Source: a virus. From it: a DNA stretch of 64,000 bases. Under the pieces are notes generated by a model. It had not been told where the DNA came from, made no database searches, and saw only the letters and a list, made by a program, of their open reading frames with translations. Of the stretch, positions 11,383 to 21,649 are shown in pieces. The position numbers were made by a program, and so were the translations under genes. The number at the start of each line of letters is the position of its first letter. Position 1 is the first letter of the stretch. The stretch is from the IMG/VR virus record IMGVR_UViG_3300029206_000002; one strand, written 5' to 3'.

Positions 11383-12761
11383 TACGCTGCCGTTTTAAAT
11401 TTTGTTGTTGCAGTAGAATTTAAAAAATCTTTACGTATAGATTCAATTATTGAAGCAGTACTTTGTTTAGTTTTATTTTCTTCTACTTTTTGAATATATT
11501 GTTTTACTATATTCTTTTCAGTATCAGACCAGTTAATAATAAGCATATCTTTCCAGTCTAACATACCTACTTTCTTCATCTTTTCTGCTGCTTGAATCAT
11601 ACGAGTAGATGCAATACGACGTAATGAATTTGTTTTAATGCAATTACGTAGTAAATAAATATAATCTACTACTTCTTGATCAAATTGTGACTCATATTTA
11701 ACAGAGTAATTTACTTCAATTATTGCTCCAGTAAAACGGTCAATTGTTGAAGCATCTAGTTGGTTATTAGCAACATACTGACGGTCTGCTCCATTACCAA
11801 AAGTATTTGATGTAGCAATAATAATACATTCAGGATGTCGTAAGACAGTACCTGTAGTAGTCTCTATTTCACCGTTTGCTAATGCTGCATTAATAACCTG
11901 TGCTACAGATGGATCGAGCGCAGTCATCTCATCTATAAGGATTATTGACTTCTTAGCATAGAATTCAGCAAACTTAGTTGCTTCACGAGTAGGATATTTA
12001 TATCCTGTAAATTCTGTTGCAGAAGTACCAATACCACAAGAAATACATAAGTAAGGAATATCTAGTTCTTTAGCTGTATTACGAGCTATAGTTGATTTGC
12101 CACAACCAGCTGGACCAACCATCCAGATGTTATTCATACCTGCTTTAATTAAACTTTTAAGCTTGTCTTCTGGTTCTAGTGAACTAAATGAGAATTGAAT
12201 TTTCTTTAATTCTTCTTTTTCCTTTTCTTTTTCCTCTTTCTTTTTAAATTCTTCTTTTAATTTGTTAAGCAATTCTTTGATTTCTGTTTTGCTTCCAAAT
12301 TGTTCTAGTGATTTTTTCTCTATTTGTTTCTTTTTTTTGAGATCTGTTATATTAGCTATTTTAATAGCTCCACTACACACTTTGTACTCTTGTCCAGTAC
12401 AATTTGTAATAGTATATTCTCGAGATTGTCCTCTCTTTCCTTTTACTTCTGAAGTTAATACTAAGAAAATACCTTGTTGTGCTTGTTGTTTTCCTTTAGA
12501 ATTATTATATTTTATACTACCATAAAATCTATTTCCAGGCTTTAAATCATGAACATCTGTATTATGATTAACTAAGGTGCTATCTTCATATATATTGTCT
12601 TCTTGATTTTCAATTTGTTCATCATGCTCTGTAGCTTCAGATGCATCAGTATCTTGAGTTTCTGTAGTTAAATCTTTAGGATCTTTTAGCTTCTGTTCTT
12701 TTGCACTAGACTTTGCAGGTTGATCTTTTTCTATATCTTGAATATGTTCTATTTCTACCAT
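11382..12761 (-). CDS. AAA+ ATPase (AAA_5/MoxR-like) with acidic low-complexity N-terminus
   Basis: Walker A GPAGCGKST, Walker B IILIDE, sensor-1 IIATSN. Confidence 0.55.
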   Translation of the reverse strand: MVEIEHIQDIEKDQPAKSSAKEQKLKDPKDLTTETQDTDASEATEHDEQIENQEDNIYEDSTLVNHNTDVHDLKPGNRFYGSIKYNNSKGKQQAQQGIFLVLTSEVKGKRGQSREYTITNCTGQEYKVCSGAIKIANITDLKKKKQIEKKSLEQFGSKTEIKELLNKLKEEFKKKEEKEKEKEELKKIQFSFSSLEPEDKLKSLIKAGMNNIWMVGPAGCGKSTIARNTAKELDIPYLCISCGIGTSATEFTGYKYPTREATKFAEFYAKKSIILIDEMTALDPSVAQVINAALANGEIETTTGTVLRHPECIIIATSNTFGNGADRQYVANNQLDASTIDRFTGAIIEVNYSVKYESQFDQEVVDYIYLLRNCIKTNSLRRIASTRMIQAAEKMKKVGMLDWKDMLIINWSDTEKNIVKQYIQKVEENKTKQSTASIIESIRKDFLNSTATTKFKTAA

Positions 12762-12789
12762 GATGATTTGTTTTAATGATTAAAAAAGA

Positions 12790-12817
12790 ATAAGGGTAGC
12801 TTTTACACTACCCTTAT
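12790..12817 (-). terminator. rho-independent terminator
   Basis: TAAGGGTAG-cttttaca-CTACCCTTA, followed on the minus strand by TTCTTTTTT. Confidence 0.55.
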
Positions 12818-12841
12818 TTATTAATAATGATCTACTTTATA

Positions 12842-13462
12842 TTAAAATGGTAGATCGTCTGTTTTATCTGTAAAAGCTTGTGTATTAGTAGTAGATGAAG
12901 TTGCACTAAACGGGTTATCGTTTTTTACTTCTTTATCTGCTACAACAGGCTTTGTAAATTGGTCAATATTTAGCATAGTAATAGAAGATGATTGACCTTC
13001 TGGCAATTCCATAGGCTCAATAAAAGTATACTTAGCATAATTAGGCAAAGTAGTATATCCTTTATCATTATATACTATTTTCGCTCTAAGTTTTTTACTC
13101 TTATCTACTTTGTTTAGCATATCAGTAATCCACTGAGCAAACTGTTCAAAGCTTTCTCCATTAAAGTCAAGCTCTTCATCTTTATAGTAACAATTAAGTA
13201 TCTGCAACATACGAGAATACTGCTTATCTATTTTTGTTTGAAGCTGTTCTTCCGTAGTTACAAATCCACCAAGTGTAGGTTTCCATTCTGTATGAGTTAA
13301 TGTTGCTCCATCTTTCTCAAAAACAATTTCTAAGAATTGATTACCATTAGGAGAAACCTCTGTTTTTACACTCTTCAATACTACATTTTCAATAATACCA
13401 GCGGGAATATACTTAATATCACTTTTGCTAATACTTGCTGCACGTTCTTTACTATATGTCAT
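12842..13462 (-). CDS. hypothetical protein
   Basis: 206-aa ORF. Confidence 0.5.
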   Translation of the reverse strand: MTYSKERAASISKSDIKYIPAGIIENVVLKSVKTEVSPNGNQFLEIVFEKDGATLTHTEWKPTLGGFVTTEEQLQTKIDKQYSRMLQILNCYYKDEELDFNGESFEQFAQWITDMLNKVDKSKKLRAKIVYNDKGYTTLPNYAKYTFIEPMELPEGQSSSITMLNIDQFTKPVVADKEVKNDNPFSATSSTTNTQAFTDKTDDLPF

Positions 13463-13488
13463 AATTTCAATATTTTTAAGTTTTTAAA

Positions 13489-14256
13489 TCAGGCTGCACA
13501 CTCGTCTAAATAAATTTTATCCCAGTGAACTTTAATATCATTATTTTCATCGCTTTCTGCGATAACTATCTTCTTACCTCGTAAGTGAGGAGCTCTAGCT
13601 TCTCTTACTGAATTATCTCCACCTTCAAAAGATATAATAGTTTCATTCTTTTTACGATAGACATAACCAACAGCATCTGCTTCACCACATACTATATCAC
13701 CTAGTTTTCCTACTAAATCTAGTGCCATTTCTGATAATTCTTCTCCTTCTTTATTAATCATTTTTTCTTTAGTATGACCAATAAGAATAAAATTATCACA
13801 TAGATTACGAAACATATCTATTACTTTTCTAACTGCCATGCGAAGATACATATATCCACTACCATTTGGTAATGTACGTATATCATCTCCATTATAGGAT
13901 TTACCCATTGGAGTTTGACGATATAATACCTTAGCATAACCTAGACACATTTCTTCTAATCTAGTAGCATTATCTATAGCAATATATTTGTAAGGTTTGT
14001 TACCAGTTTTAGCTGCTTCTTCACCAATTGCTCTAGATATATTACCTAAGTCTTCAATAGTACGAGCTTGAATAGAGAGAGCTTCTAGAAATTCTGAACC
14101 TCCCTCTAAGTCTATAATAAGACAGTTATCAAGCTTTGATAATAAAGTAGTTTTACCTGATTTAGGTCGACCAAACAAGATTAAGAATCTTGGATTGTTA
14201 ACCTTTGGTTTGTTTTTCTCTTTTGGTAGTATTAACATATTAAAATAGGTTAACAC
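13489..14256 (-). CDS. P-loop ATPase, RecA-like/Sak4-like (AAA_24-type)
   Basis: Walker A FGRPKSGKTT immediately after a hydrophobic strand, as in phage Sak4/AAA_24 proteins. Confidence 0.45.
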   Translation of the reverse strand: MLTYFNMLILPKEKNKPKVNNPRFLILFGRPKSGKTTLLSKLDNCLIIDLEGGSEFLEALSIQARTIEDLGNISRAIGEEAAKTGNKPYKYIAIDNATRLEEMCLGYAKVLYRQTPMGKSYNGDDIRTLPNGSGYMYLRMAVRKVIDMFRNLCDNFILIGHTKEKMINKEGEELSEMALDLVGKLGDIVCGEADAVGYVYRKKNETIISFEGGDNSVREARAPHLRGKKIVIAESDENNDIKVHWDKIYLDECAA

Positions 14257-14321
14257 TTTACCTGTGAGATTCTGAAATTATCTGACAAAAACTGAAATTT
14301 TACACAATGTAAAGTTATTCG

Positions 14322-14900
14322 TTATTCATTGTTGAGAATATTGTTAACAGTAGTACTGTTACTAATATTAATAATAACATTTACTATATTATTTTTATCT
14401 GCTTTACGATAGTTATTCAAAAACAGACTAGGATTATCAATAGGAATGATTGTATAACCAATCTGAATAAACTTCTGGTAAATACGTACAGGTTGACCCA
14501 TGTAAGTAAAATCGTAACCACGATCTTCTTCATAGTCTTCCATGATTTTAGCATATTCTGCTAGTCGTTTCAATGCTAAATCAAATTCTGAAATAGCATC
14601 ATATTGACGCAATTTAAATGCTCGATTTGCGAACGGACATGTAAGTGAATTATCATATGAACATGTCGGTCGATAATATTTTTTATTGAATGCAGAGAAA
14701 TGTGCATTTCGATTGCATCCAAAACATAGCAAGTCTTCAGGACCTGCATATGATACACTGTATTCCGGATCTTCCGGAGTGTGAATTCCATACCATTTAG
14801 CAAACGGTAAGCGGTTTTTAACTTCGTTTAATATACGATTTTTCAAAGAACCCTGAGGGTCAATATTTTGTTTCGGAAGTTTAATTGTAAAACCTTTCAT
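14322..14900 (-). CDS. hypothetical Cys-rich protein
   Basis: 192-aa ORF with a CFGCNRN...CSYDNSLTCPF cluster. Confidence 0.45.
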   Translation of the reverse strand: MKGFTIKLPKQNIDPQGSLKNRILNEVKNRLPFAKWYGIHTPEDPEYSVSYAGPEDLLCFGCNRNAHFSAFNKKYYRPTCSYDNSLTCPFANRAFKLRQYDAISEFDLALKRLAEYAKIMEDYEEDRGYDFTYMGQPVRIYQKFIQIGYTIIPIDNPSLFLNNYRKADKNNIVNVIINISNSTTVNNILNNE

Positions 14901-14902
14901 AA

Positions 14903-15886
14903 TCAGCCTTTTTTAATTTGTTTAAATACTACTTTTTGTTCTTCAGCACTTGCAGTATTTGTTTCAATTAGATTGCCATATTGAAGTTCGTTTTCAAATT
15001 CTAATATACAGGGTTCACCATCTCTTACTTTTAAGAAATGCATATAAACCTTATTTTTTACAGGTAGACGACGTACTCCATATATAGCTAGATTAAGTAT
15101 CTCTGGTCTGTGAACAGCAATAACAAAATCACTAGCTTGAAATATTGCATCAGATGCTGATAAATCACTTCTCATTGGAAAGTGAGTGCTTGGATTATTA
15201 ATTCTATCAGGACTTTCAATATTACGATTCATCTGTGAAAGCTGTATTATACTAGTATTAGAAAGTTTTTTCTTCTGTATAAACATTTTCTGTAAATCGA
15301 CTATTGTACTTCTTTCTCCACCTTCTCCATTTACTAAGAGAACATGGTCTAATACTACTATTAGCCAACGACCGTTAGCTACAGTATTATGAAAGTAATC
15401 TATAGTATTACCTATTTCTTCTACATTACATACTTTATCAACAAAGTATATATTGTATTTCTTAATGGTTTCAGCTGCCGATTCAGCTTTTAATAAGTCT
15501 TCATCACTAAGTGTTTCTACTGAACTATATAATTCAGATACAGTTTTCTTAGTTTTATTACTTATTACACGACCAACATTTCTGTAGTCTACCATTTCTA
15601 AACTAAAGTATAATACTACGATATCCTGATTAGGATTAAGATCAATCAAATCCATTACTAACATATTTGCAACTGAGCTCTTACCACTACCTGATATACC
15701 AGCTATAGTAAATATCATATTTGGTTCAATTCCACCAGTGGCTTTATTGAACTTATCCCATCTGGTTTTTAATGATACTATACTATGATTTTTTCTAGCT
15801 TTAATGTAGTTTATGGATTTATTTGCTACCTGAGATATTGACTCAAAAGGTAGTATTTTAACGGCATTCTGTTCCGTATTCTCCAT
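14903..15886 (-). CDS. replicative DNA helicase, DnaB-like C-terminal domain
   Basis: Walker A GISGSGKSS, H1a YFSLEM, H3 IIQLSQMNR and H4-like VIAVHRP. Confidence 0.75.
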   Translation of the reverse strand: MENTEQNAVKILPFESISQVANKSINYIKARKNHSIVSLKTRWDKFNKATGGIEPNMIFTIAGISGSGKSSVANMLVMDLIDLNPNQDIVVLYFSLEMVDYRNVGRVISNKTKKTVSELYSSVETLSDEDLLKAESAAETIKKYNIYFVDKVCNVEEIGNTIDYFHNTVANGRWLIVVLDHVLLVNGEGGERSTIVDLQKMFIQKKKLSNTSIIQLSQMNRNIESPDRINNPSTHFPMRSDLSASDAIFQASDFVIAVHRPEILNLAIYGVRRLPVKNKVYMHFLKVRDGEPCILEFENELQYGNLIETNTASAEEQKVVFKQIKKG

Positions 15887-16430
15887 AACTTACAGGTGTT
15901 TCAGATTCATAACTCATTTGCTCTTCAATAACCTCCCACTCATGTTGAGTGAGCCATTTCCACATCGTCTTCATATAACCTATTTTACCAGTTATCATTT
16001 TGTTTTCAATTTCATATTGAAGACATTGAAGAAGGTGTTCGTGCATTGCTCTAGATTTACCTACGATACGGTTATATTCTTTACGACATTTATTTATATT
16101 AGATCGTAAAAAACCTTTAGTACCATCTGGTCTTAAAACATACACTGGAAATACTTCATAGAACTCATCAAACCATGTCTTATCTTGTTTTGTACTTGAC
16201 AATAGCTTTTCTGTAGGACTATAAATTTTATTATCTCCTGAAGTAGTAAAGGAGATAAGGTCATTGTCGATTAACTCTTGTATGTCGTTTTCACTTATTC
16301 GGCTGAGAAACTTGTGAACGTCTTGATTATTACTTTGATTATCATTCAACACAAGAGTTAAAAATACTAACTGATTAATTGATATTTCTCCAAAAATATC
16401 TAATAATGTTGTATCTAATTCTAGTATCAT
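15858..16430 (-). CDS. hypothetical protein
   Basis: 190-aa ORF. Confidence 0.45.
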   Translation of the reverse strand: MILELDTTLLDIFGEISINQLVFLTLVLNDNQSNNQDVHKFLSRISENDIQELIDNDLISFTTSGDNKIYSPTEKLLSSTKQDKTWFDEFYEVFPVYVLRPDGTKGFLRSNINKCRKEYNRIVGKSRAMHEHLLQCLQYEIENKMITGKIGYMKTMWKWLTQHEWEVIEEQMSYESETPVSYGEYGTECR

Positions 16431-16478
16431 AATATAGTACTTTATGAACTAACTTTTGATACAATCTGGAAATATTTG

Positions 16479-18632
16479 TTAAAACAACGTTAGTTGTCTT
16501 GGTTTTAATTCTTCAACGATCTTTAACGCTTCCTTTAAATAGTAGCGATAATTGATCTTTCTTTCTTCTATAGGTTTATTATCAAATTTATTTAGTATAG
16601 TAACACCAGATGCAGTAAGTAGATTAGTATAGTCTACTCTAGTACCTTTAGTTATAATCTTTGAACTATAAGGTAATATCTGTTCTACATTAGAATTATA
16701 GTAAAACTGATTTGAATCTGTAGTTATTATACTTTCTCCTGTTTTGAGACATACAAGATATTGCGGTATCTCAACATCTCTATTTACTATTTTACATTTA
16801 TATAAATAAGGACCATTAGTAGATGCATAGAATCTATTGATTCTTTGTATCAGTTCTCCATTATATTCTACAGAGAATTTCTTATCTACTTTCTGGTAAG
16901 TAAGGAACTTCTTAATATCTTTACAATTGTAGATAGTATCTTTTACAGGAATACCATCAACAAAATAATCTCTAATAGCTTCTGGAATAATCTTTGCAGA
17001 CATTCCCTTACCAAGTAAAACCTTAGTAATAAACATACCTTTTTCTTTAATATAATCATCTTTAATCATATCTAAAGAAGTATAAGGCTTCTTTTTTTTA
17101 TTTAGAGCTTTTTCTGGTTCAGTTTCAAACAATTTCTTCATTGCTTGATAACCTTCTTTTACAGCTATATAATCATTAATAGCATACTGATACATAGCTT
17201 CAAAACGATCTTCCTCTAGGGTTAGTCTCGTTTGTTGTTCCCATTCCTTACATATACTTTGTAATTTTTCATACAGATTCTTCTTAAGAAGAACAAATAA
17301 ACCATCTGTATTTGCCTGTACTATTCTACAGCCAATATCAGATAATCTTTCTGCTAACATAAGTAGTAGTAATTGTCCGTTTATTCTAATCTGCATTACT
17401 GCAAATGGACTATAACAGAAATTATGTTCATTCTGTAGATTACCACTAAGACCATTTAATGCTAACTTAAGAGTTTTATCTTTAGTCTTAATACCGTTAT
17501 GTTTTGCTTCTATTCGTTCATCTTTAACTTGATTATAAACTTCTAGAAATTCAGGACCCAAATGTTTTGGGTAGAATTTATACTCTATTATCATACTAGG
17601 ATACAGAGATGCAACATCAATATCTATTAACATTTCATCTTCCCTAGGAACAATTATCTCAGGTTTATTTTCAGAGTGAATACCACCAACTCCTACAGAA
17701 TATTTTAATCCTCTAAATACGAATTTGTTTTCATATCCTTTTCTACCTGGTGATACTATCTGTTTCTTCATATCAGATAGTACATTACGAAGTATAGGAT
17801 CTTTATATTCTATATAAGGCAATATTACTTTGTTTAGGTCTATAACATCTGCTGGGCTTCTTAAATCTTTAATATCCCACCATGATAAACCAGTCTTTTC
17901 AAGATATTTCTGCGTTAGAATTTTCATTCCAATGTTTACTCCATCTTTACTTAGTACTCTTACTTTATATTCATCTTCGATAGCTATTCTTAATTCTATA
18001 TCTTCAGAACACAGATTTAATAATTTTTCAGTAGAATTAACGTCATTCACATTATACTCAATCATCTCTTCTATTCTATCTTCTTCTAGAAACTTATTAA
18101 AGTCTCCATTAAATTCTAGAACATTAGGATATTGCATAGTTACTTGCATTTCCTTCAATCCAACACGCAATTTCTGTGAATATAACATAGTAAGTATATC
18201 AAATGAATCATACCATACTTGATATTTCCATTTTTTCCACGCTTCTATGTTGTCATCTGCTTGAGATGTAGTTATAGTTCTACTTAAGTTAAAAATACTA
18301 TCACATATTCTTAGATATGGTTTATTTTTAAGTATATCATAATAATCTATTATATAGTTAATAATAGGATTATCATAATGTAAATTATTATATCCTGCAA
18401 AGATTTTATTTGAATCAATTTGAGTTTCAGTAGTATAGAGATCTCCAAATTTTAATGGTGCATTAATATTTGGTACACGAAAGAAATCAACTAATTCTGA
18501 TAATTGATCTTTTCTGCTTGATATCTCAAATTTATGAAACTTCCCTGATTCAGTATTCTTTGCTGTGCAATGAAATACATTTGGGAAAACTTCAATATCA
18601 TAGACATATACTGTTTTTCCTCTTATCTTCAT
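16479..18632 (-). CDS. DNA polymerase, family B, with 3'-5' exonuclease domain
   Basis: ExoI VYVYDIEVF (DxE) and ExoII-like YNNLHYDNP. Family-B motif A DIDVASLYPSMI (DxxSLYPS), motif B-like KLALNGLSGNLQN and motif C-like ANTDGLFV. Confidence 0.75.
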   Translation of the reverse strand: MKIRGKTVYVYDIEVFPNVFHCTAKNTESGKFHKFEISSRKDQLSELVDFFRVPNINAPLKFGDLYTTETQIDSNKIFAGYNNLHYDNPIINYIIDYYDILKNKPYLRICDSIFNLSRTITTSQADDNIEAWKKWKYQVWYDSFDILTMLYSQKLRVGLKEMQVTMQYPNVLEFNGDFNKFLEEDRIEEMIEYNVNDVNSTEKLLNLCSEDIELRIAIEDEYKVRVLSKDGVNIGMKILTQKYLEKTGLSWWDIKDLRSPADVIDLNKVILPYIEYKDPILRNVLSDMKKQIVSPGRKGYENKFVFRGLKYSVGVGGIHSENKPEIIVPREDEMLIDIDVASLYPSMIIEYKFYPKHLGPEFLEVYNQVKDERIEAKHNGIKTKDKTLKLALNGLSGNLQNEHNFCYSPFAVMQIRINGQLLLLMLAERLSDIGCRIVQANTDGLFVLLKKNLYEKLQSICKEWEQQTRLTLEEDRFEAMYQYAINDYIAVKEGYQAMKKLFETEPEKALNKKKKPYTSLDMIKDDYIKEKGMFITKVLLGKGMSAKIIPEAIRDYFVDGIPVKDTIYNCKDIKKFLTYQKVDKKFSVEYNGELIQRINRFYASTNGPYLYKCKIVNRDVEIPQYLVCLKTGESIITTDSNQFYYNSNVEQILPYSSKIITKGTRVDYTNLLTASGVTILNKFDNKPIEERKINYRYYLKEALKIVEELKPRQLTLF

Positions 18633-18649
18633 AGCGTATAAATTTAGTG

Positions 18650-18690
18650 GAGTATATGGGAATCGAACCCATGATGCCGATTGGTTGCAG
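18650..18690 (-). other. tRNA 3'-half-like element (T-arm plus acceptor 3' strand), no valid anticodon arm
   Basis: The minus strand reads CATGGG-TTCGATT-CCCATATACTCCA. A weak GGAGGAA 5' partner lies about 75 nt upstream, but no 7-nt anticodon loop can be formed. Confidence 0.3.
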
Positions 18691-18811
18691 CACTATAAAT
18701 AGTGTATTAGAGTCTCTCTAATATTCCTCCCTGTACCCTGCGCTTGCCTACTAGCTGAATACCCCATGAGGCAGGATTCTTTATAGACTATCCTGCTAAA
18801 AGTCTGTCGCT

Positions 18812-19531
18812 CTACGCTGCTTGCTTTATCTCTGGCAAATGTTTAGCAAAGCATTTCTTTTCTAAAGTTGCTCTATCTACTATTGTAATAGACTCATAAT
18901 TACTATACTTATCAGATAACTTTGTATTTAGTTTAGTAACTACTTCGGTAAGTTGTTCAATGGGTAGATTAGAGTAGCTTGTTTTAAACTCTTTATCGTT
19001 TGTAGTAGCTATAACTACTTTATACGGTCTTTGTTCTAAATACTGTAGCTTCTTAGACATCTTGAACTCTGCAAGTTGTTTAGCTACTTTCTTAATTTTC
19101 TCTTCATGAGCGGCTTTATAAGCTTGTTGTTTAGCAATACGTTCTGCTTTATTGCTACCATATAGATTCTGTACCAGTTCTTTATGGTAACCAGAATAAG
19201 GACGTTCTTCTAATAACTGTTTTTTATCCTTCTTATCAGACACCTGTATAGGTTTCTTAGGAATACTAGCTATACCTTTTTTAGCTTCATGATACTCCTT
19301 TCGTGCATTAGTAGCTTCAGGAGTCCACTTATAAGTATATACTTCTCTACTTACTATCTTATCATGACGACGAGTAGTTACAAATTCCTTTGTCATAGGC
19401 TTAATATTTTCTGACAAAGATATCCCTTTACTACACATAGTTTTATAATCTGAGGACTTAGTTAATCCATAACGTTTCTGTAAGTTTTGCTGGTATTTAG
19501 CATTTTTCTTATTTCTAGTTTCTTGATTCAT
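18812..19531 (-). CDS. hypothetical basic (Lys-rich) protein (terminates with TAG)
   Basis: 239-aa ORF whose stop codon is TAG. Confidence 0.5.
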   Translation of the reverse strand: MNQETRNKKNAKYQQNLQKRYGLTKSSDYKTMCSKGISLSENIKPMTKEFVTTRRHDKIVSREVYTYKWTPEATNARKEYHEAKKGIASIPKKPIQVSDKKDKKQLLEERPYSGYHKELVQNLYGSNKAERIAKQQAYKAAHEEKIKKVAKQLAEFKMSKKLQYLEQRPYKVVIATTNDKEFKTSYSNLPIEQLTEVVTKLNTKLSDKYSNYESITIVDRATLEKKCFAKHLPEIKQAA

Positions 19532-19629
19532 AACAATTGATTTTAATAGTTAAAAACTAAAGGAAGCTAAATAGGTTAATATTTTAAGATTTCCCGTACG
19601 TACTCTCCCTATCGCTTCCTTGTTATATT

Positions 19630-20124
19630 TTAAGCAGCTAAGCACATTGGAGCAGCAGAATCATCAAATTCTGTTTCTTCATTGAACTTAGTAAGTTTCT
19701 CTTTTAATTTCAGAATCTCTAAATCGAGTTCTTTTATTCGTGCTTTAACCCAGTTTGAAGTTAAAACTTCAGTCTTATTCAGAGCTTTTTTACCTTTCTT
19801 AGACTTAAGAACAGGGTTCAAAGTTCGTATACGACTTAGATGTACTTTCATTTCTTGCAATTCACATAGCTTAAATACATCCAATTGATTACAATCAGCT
19901 GGCAAATCACTAAATTTCTTTATACCCATATTGATACATAGTATCTTTAATTTAACAATTACTCGATCATCTGTAAGACCTTTAATTGTATTATAAAGTT
20001 CTTTCAAATCGTAAGTACGCTGATAATTACGATTTACTACATTCTCAATAGAAATAATATTCCAATACTTAGTAATATCTGCTGATAGTTTATCACGCTG
20101 TTCAATAAATTTATTTGCTTTCAT
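19630..20124 (-). CDS. hypothetical protein
   Basis: 164-aa ORF. Confidence 0.5.
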   Translation of the reverse strand: MKANKFIEQRDKLSADITKYWNIISIENVVNRNYQRTYDLKELYNTIKGLTDDRVIVKLKILCINMGIKKFSDLPADCNQLDVFKLCELQEMKVHLSRIRTLNPVLKSKKGKKALNKTEVLTSNWVKARIKELDLEILKLKEKLTKFNEETEFDDSAAPMCLAA

Positions 20125-20225
20125 ATATACTTGATTTTAATAATTTGACAATTAGTTAATTACATAGTATATTAGAAAGTCTACCTGTGTAGTTAATAGA
20201 CCGATCAAAGTCTAATAACTTAAAA

Positions 20226-20253
20226 TATCAGCTATCTTCACAGACCGCTGATA
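20226..20253 (-). promoter_or_regulatory. conserved-loop hairpin, copy 1 (loop TATCTTCACAGAC)
   Basis: TATCAGC-tatcttcacagacc-GCTGATA, followed on the minus strand by ATTTTAAG. Confidence 0.5.
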
Positions 20254-20393
20254 TGAATAACAATAAAATTAAGAAATAAGACAGACAAGATCAAAGAGTT
20301 AGCGCCTCTGTCACATCTCGATACGGCATCCGATTCTTCTTCTCTCGGCTTTCCAACACTTAGTTACCTTAGTAACATTATCAGAGGCAAGTA

Positions 20394-20496
20394 AGTAAGA
20401 GTATATACGAACCCAACCAAATGTATATACTCTTACTGATTTTATGTTGATTTTCAATTATTTTCTACTCAATACGAACCCAACCAAATGTATATA
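20394..20496 (-). repeat. two copies of a 25-nt element ATACGAACCCAACCAAATGTATATA; copy 1 sits in a 15-bp-stem hairpin
   Basis: Copies at 20405-20429 and 20472-20496. Copy 1 forms stem 20394-20408/20423-20437 with loop GAACCCAACCAAAT. Confidence 0.55.
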
Positions 20497-20501
20497 TTCG
20501 A

Positions 20502-21041
20502 TTATAAATCTCCTTCAACATGTAAACTGACAGGTATTCTTTCATACCCAAAATCTATGCAAGCATTTGCTACCCCAACCATTTTGCGTCGCTTGCTGTT
20601 GTTACCCATATTTTTATCAAAGCCTGGGTCATCTTTTGTAATATCATAGGTCAATTTCAATGGACTGTTTTCATCAAGTAATGTACAGTAATACAATAAT
20701 AACTCGATTACTTTTTCTTTTTCATCTTTCTTAAGTACTTTATCAATTGCTTCTGTCAGAAACCCAACCAAACCTGACTTATCACAATTGTTACTTTCTA
20801 CACCTGTGATGATAAAAGCTATTCTTTGTACTAAACTAAAAAAGTCTATTACATAATAGGAATTAAACCACTTATTTACCCAACCATATTTGTGGCGTCC
20901 TATTAATACTGTTCCATCATATCCAACTTTAATTGTTTTGCTCCCATCCATTAGCAAATTATTTTGAATACGAGGATCAGACATAATTAGCTGTAACATC
21001 TGCAAGTGATATGAATCTATTGGCTTTTTATTTGTTGCCAT
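20502..21041 (-). CDS. hypothetical protein
   Basis: 179-aa ORF. Confidence 0.5.
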   Translation of the reverse strand: MATNKKPIDSYHLQMLQLIMSDPRIQNNLLMDGSKTIKVGYDGTVLIGRHKYGWVNKWFNSYYVIDFFSLVQRIAFIITGVESNNCDKSGLVGFLTEAIDKVLKKDEKEKVIELLLYYCTLLDENSPLKLTYDITKDDPGFDKNMGNNSKRRKMVGVANACIDFGYERIPVSLHVEGDL

Positions 21042-21063
21042 AGCTTTATGTACTTAAGATTAA

Positions 21064-21642
21064 TTACTCGTCAATGCTCTTGTAGTAAGCAGTAGTGTCG
21101 TCCTTAGTAATCTTATTGATTTGTTCCAGAGAAGCTCCCTGATTTGCCAATTCATCAATAAAATTGTTAAGATCAGTCAAATTACTCTGATTCAACTGAG
21201 TGACAACTTCTGTTACCATCTTAACATTCCAGAACGGAGACCGTTCTCCAGTTGCTTCAAACTTCAAGATAGCATCTTGAACATCTTTCGGACCAGCTTT
21301 CAATACGATATCTACATCTGCCCGTAAATCAAACTGCAACTTTTCGTCATTATTAAACATAATAACAATCTTACCATTTGCAGTCCGCACGATATCTACG
21401 TTGAACAAATCAACAGTTTCAATCATATACTTCTTCATCGGATTTGCAAGTACAAGACCCGGCATATCACCAGCTAGTTTCTTCTTGTAATTCAAATCCA
21501 AATAATCACTTACGGGGATTGCCAACCGCCGACCAACTAAAGCACGGCTAAACGCAATTACTTTAGTACGTAACTGAGTAATTTCTTGCTGAGTAAAACC
21601 TTCTGGATTTTTGAACACGCTTTCATATTTTGTTGTTTCCAT
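21064..21642 (-). CDS. hypothetical protein
   Basis: 192-aa ORF, with AGGAG 8 nt upstream of the ATG. Confidence 0.5.
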   Translation of the reverse strand: METTKYESVFKNPEGFTQQEITQLRTKVIAFSRALVGRRLAIPVSDYLDLNYKKKLAGDMPGLVLANPMKKYMIETVDLFNVDIVRTANGKIVIMFNNDEKLQFDLRADVDIVLKAGPKDVQDAILKFEATGERSPFWNVKMVTEVVTQLNQSNLTDLNNFIDELANQGASLEQINKITKDDTTAYYKSIDE

Positions 21643-21649
21643 AATTTCT

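Noticed and set aside
17830-18222. 130-aa plus-strand ORF
   Set aside because: It lies inside and antisense to the DNA polymerase gene.
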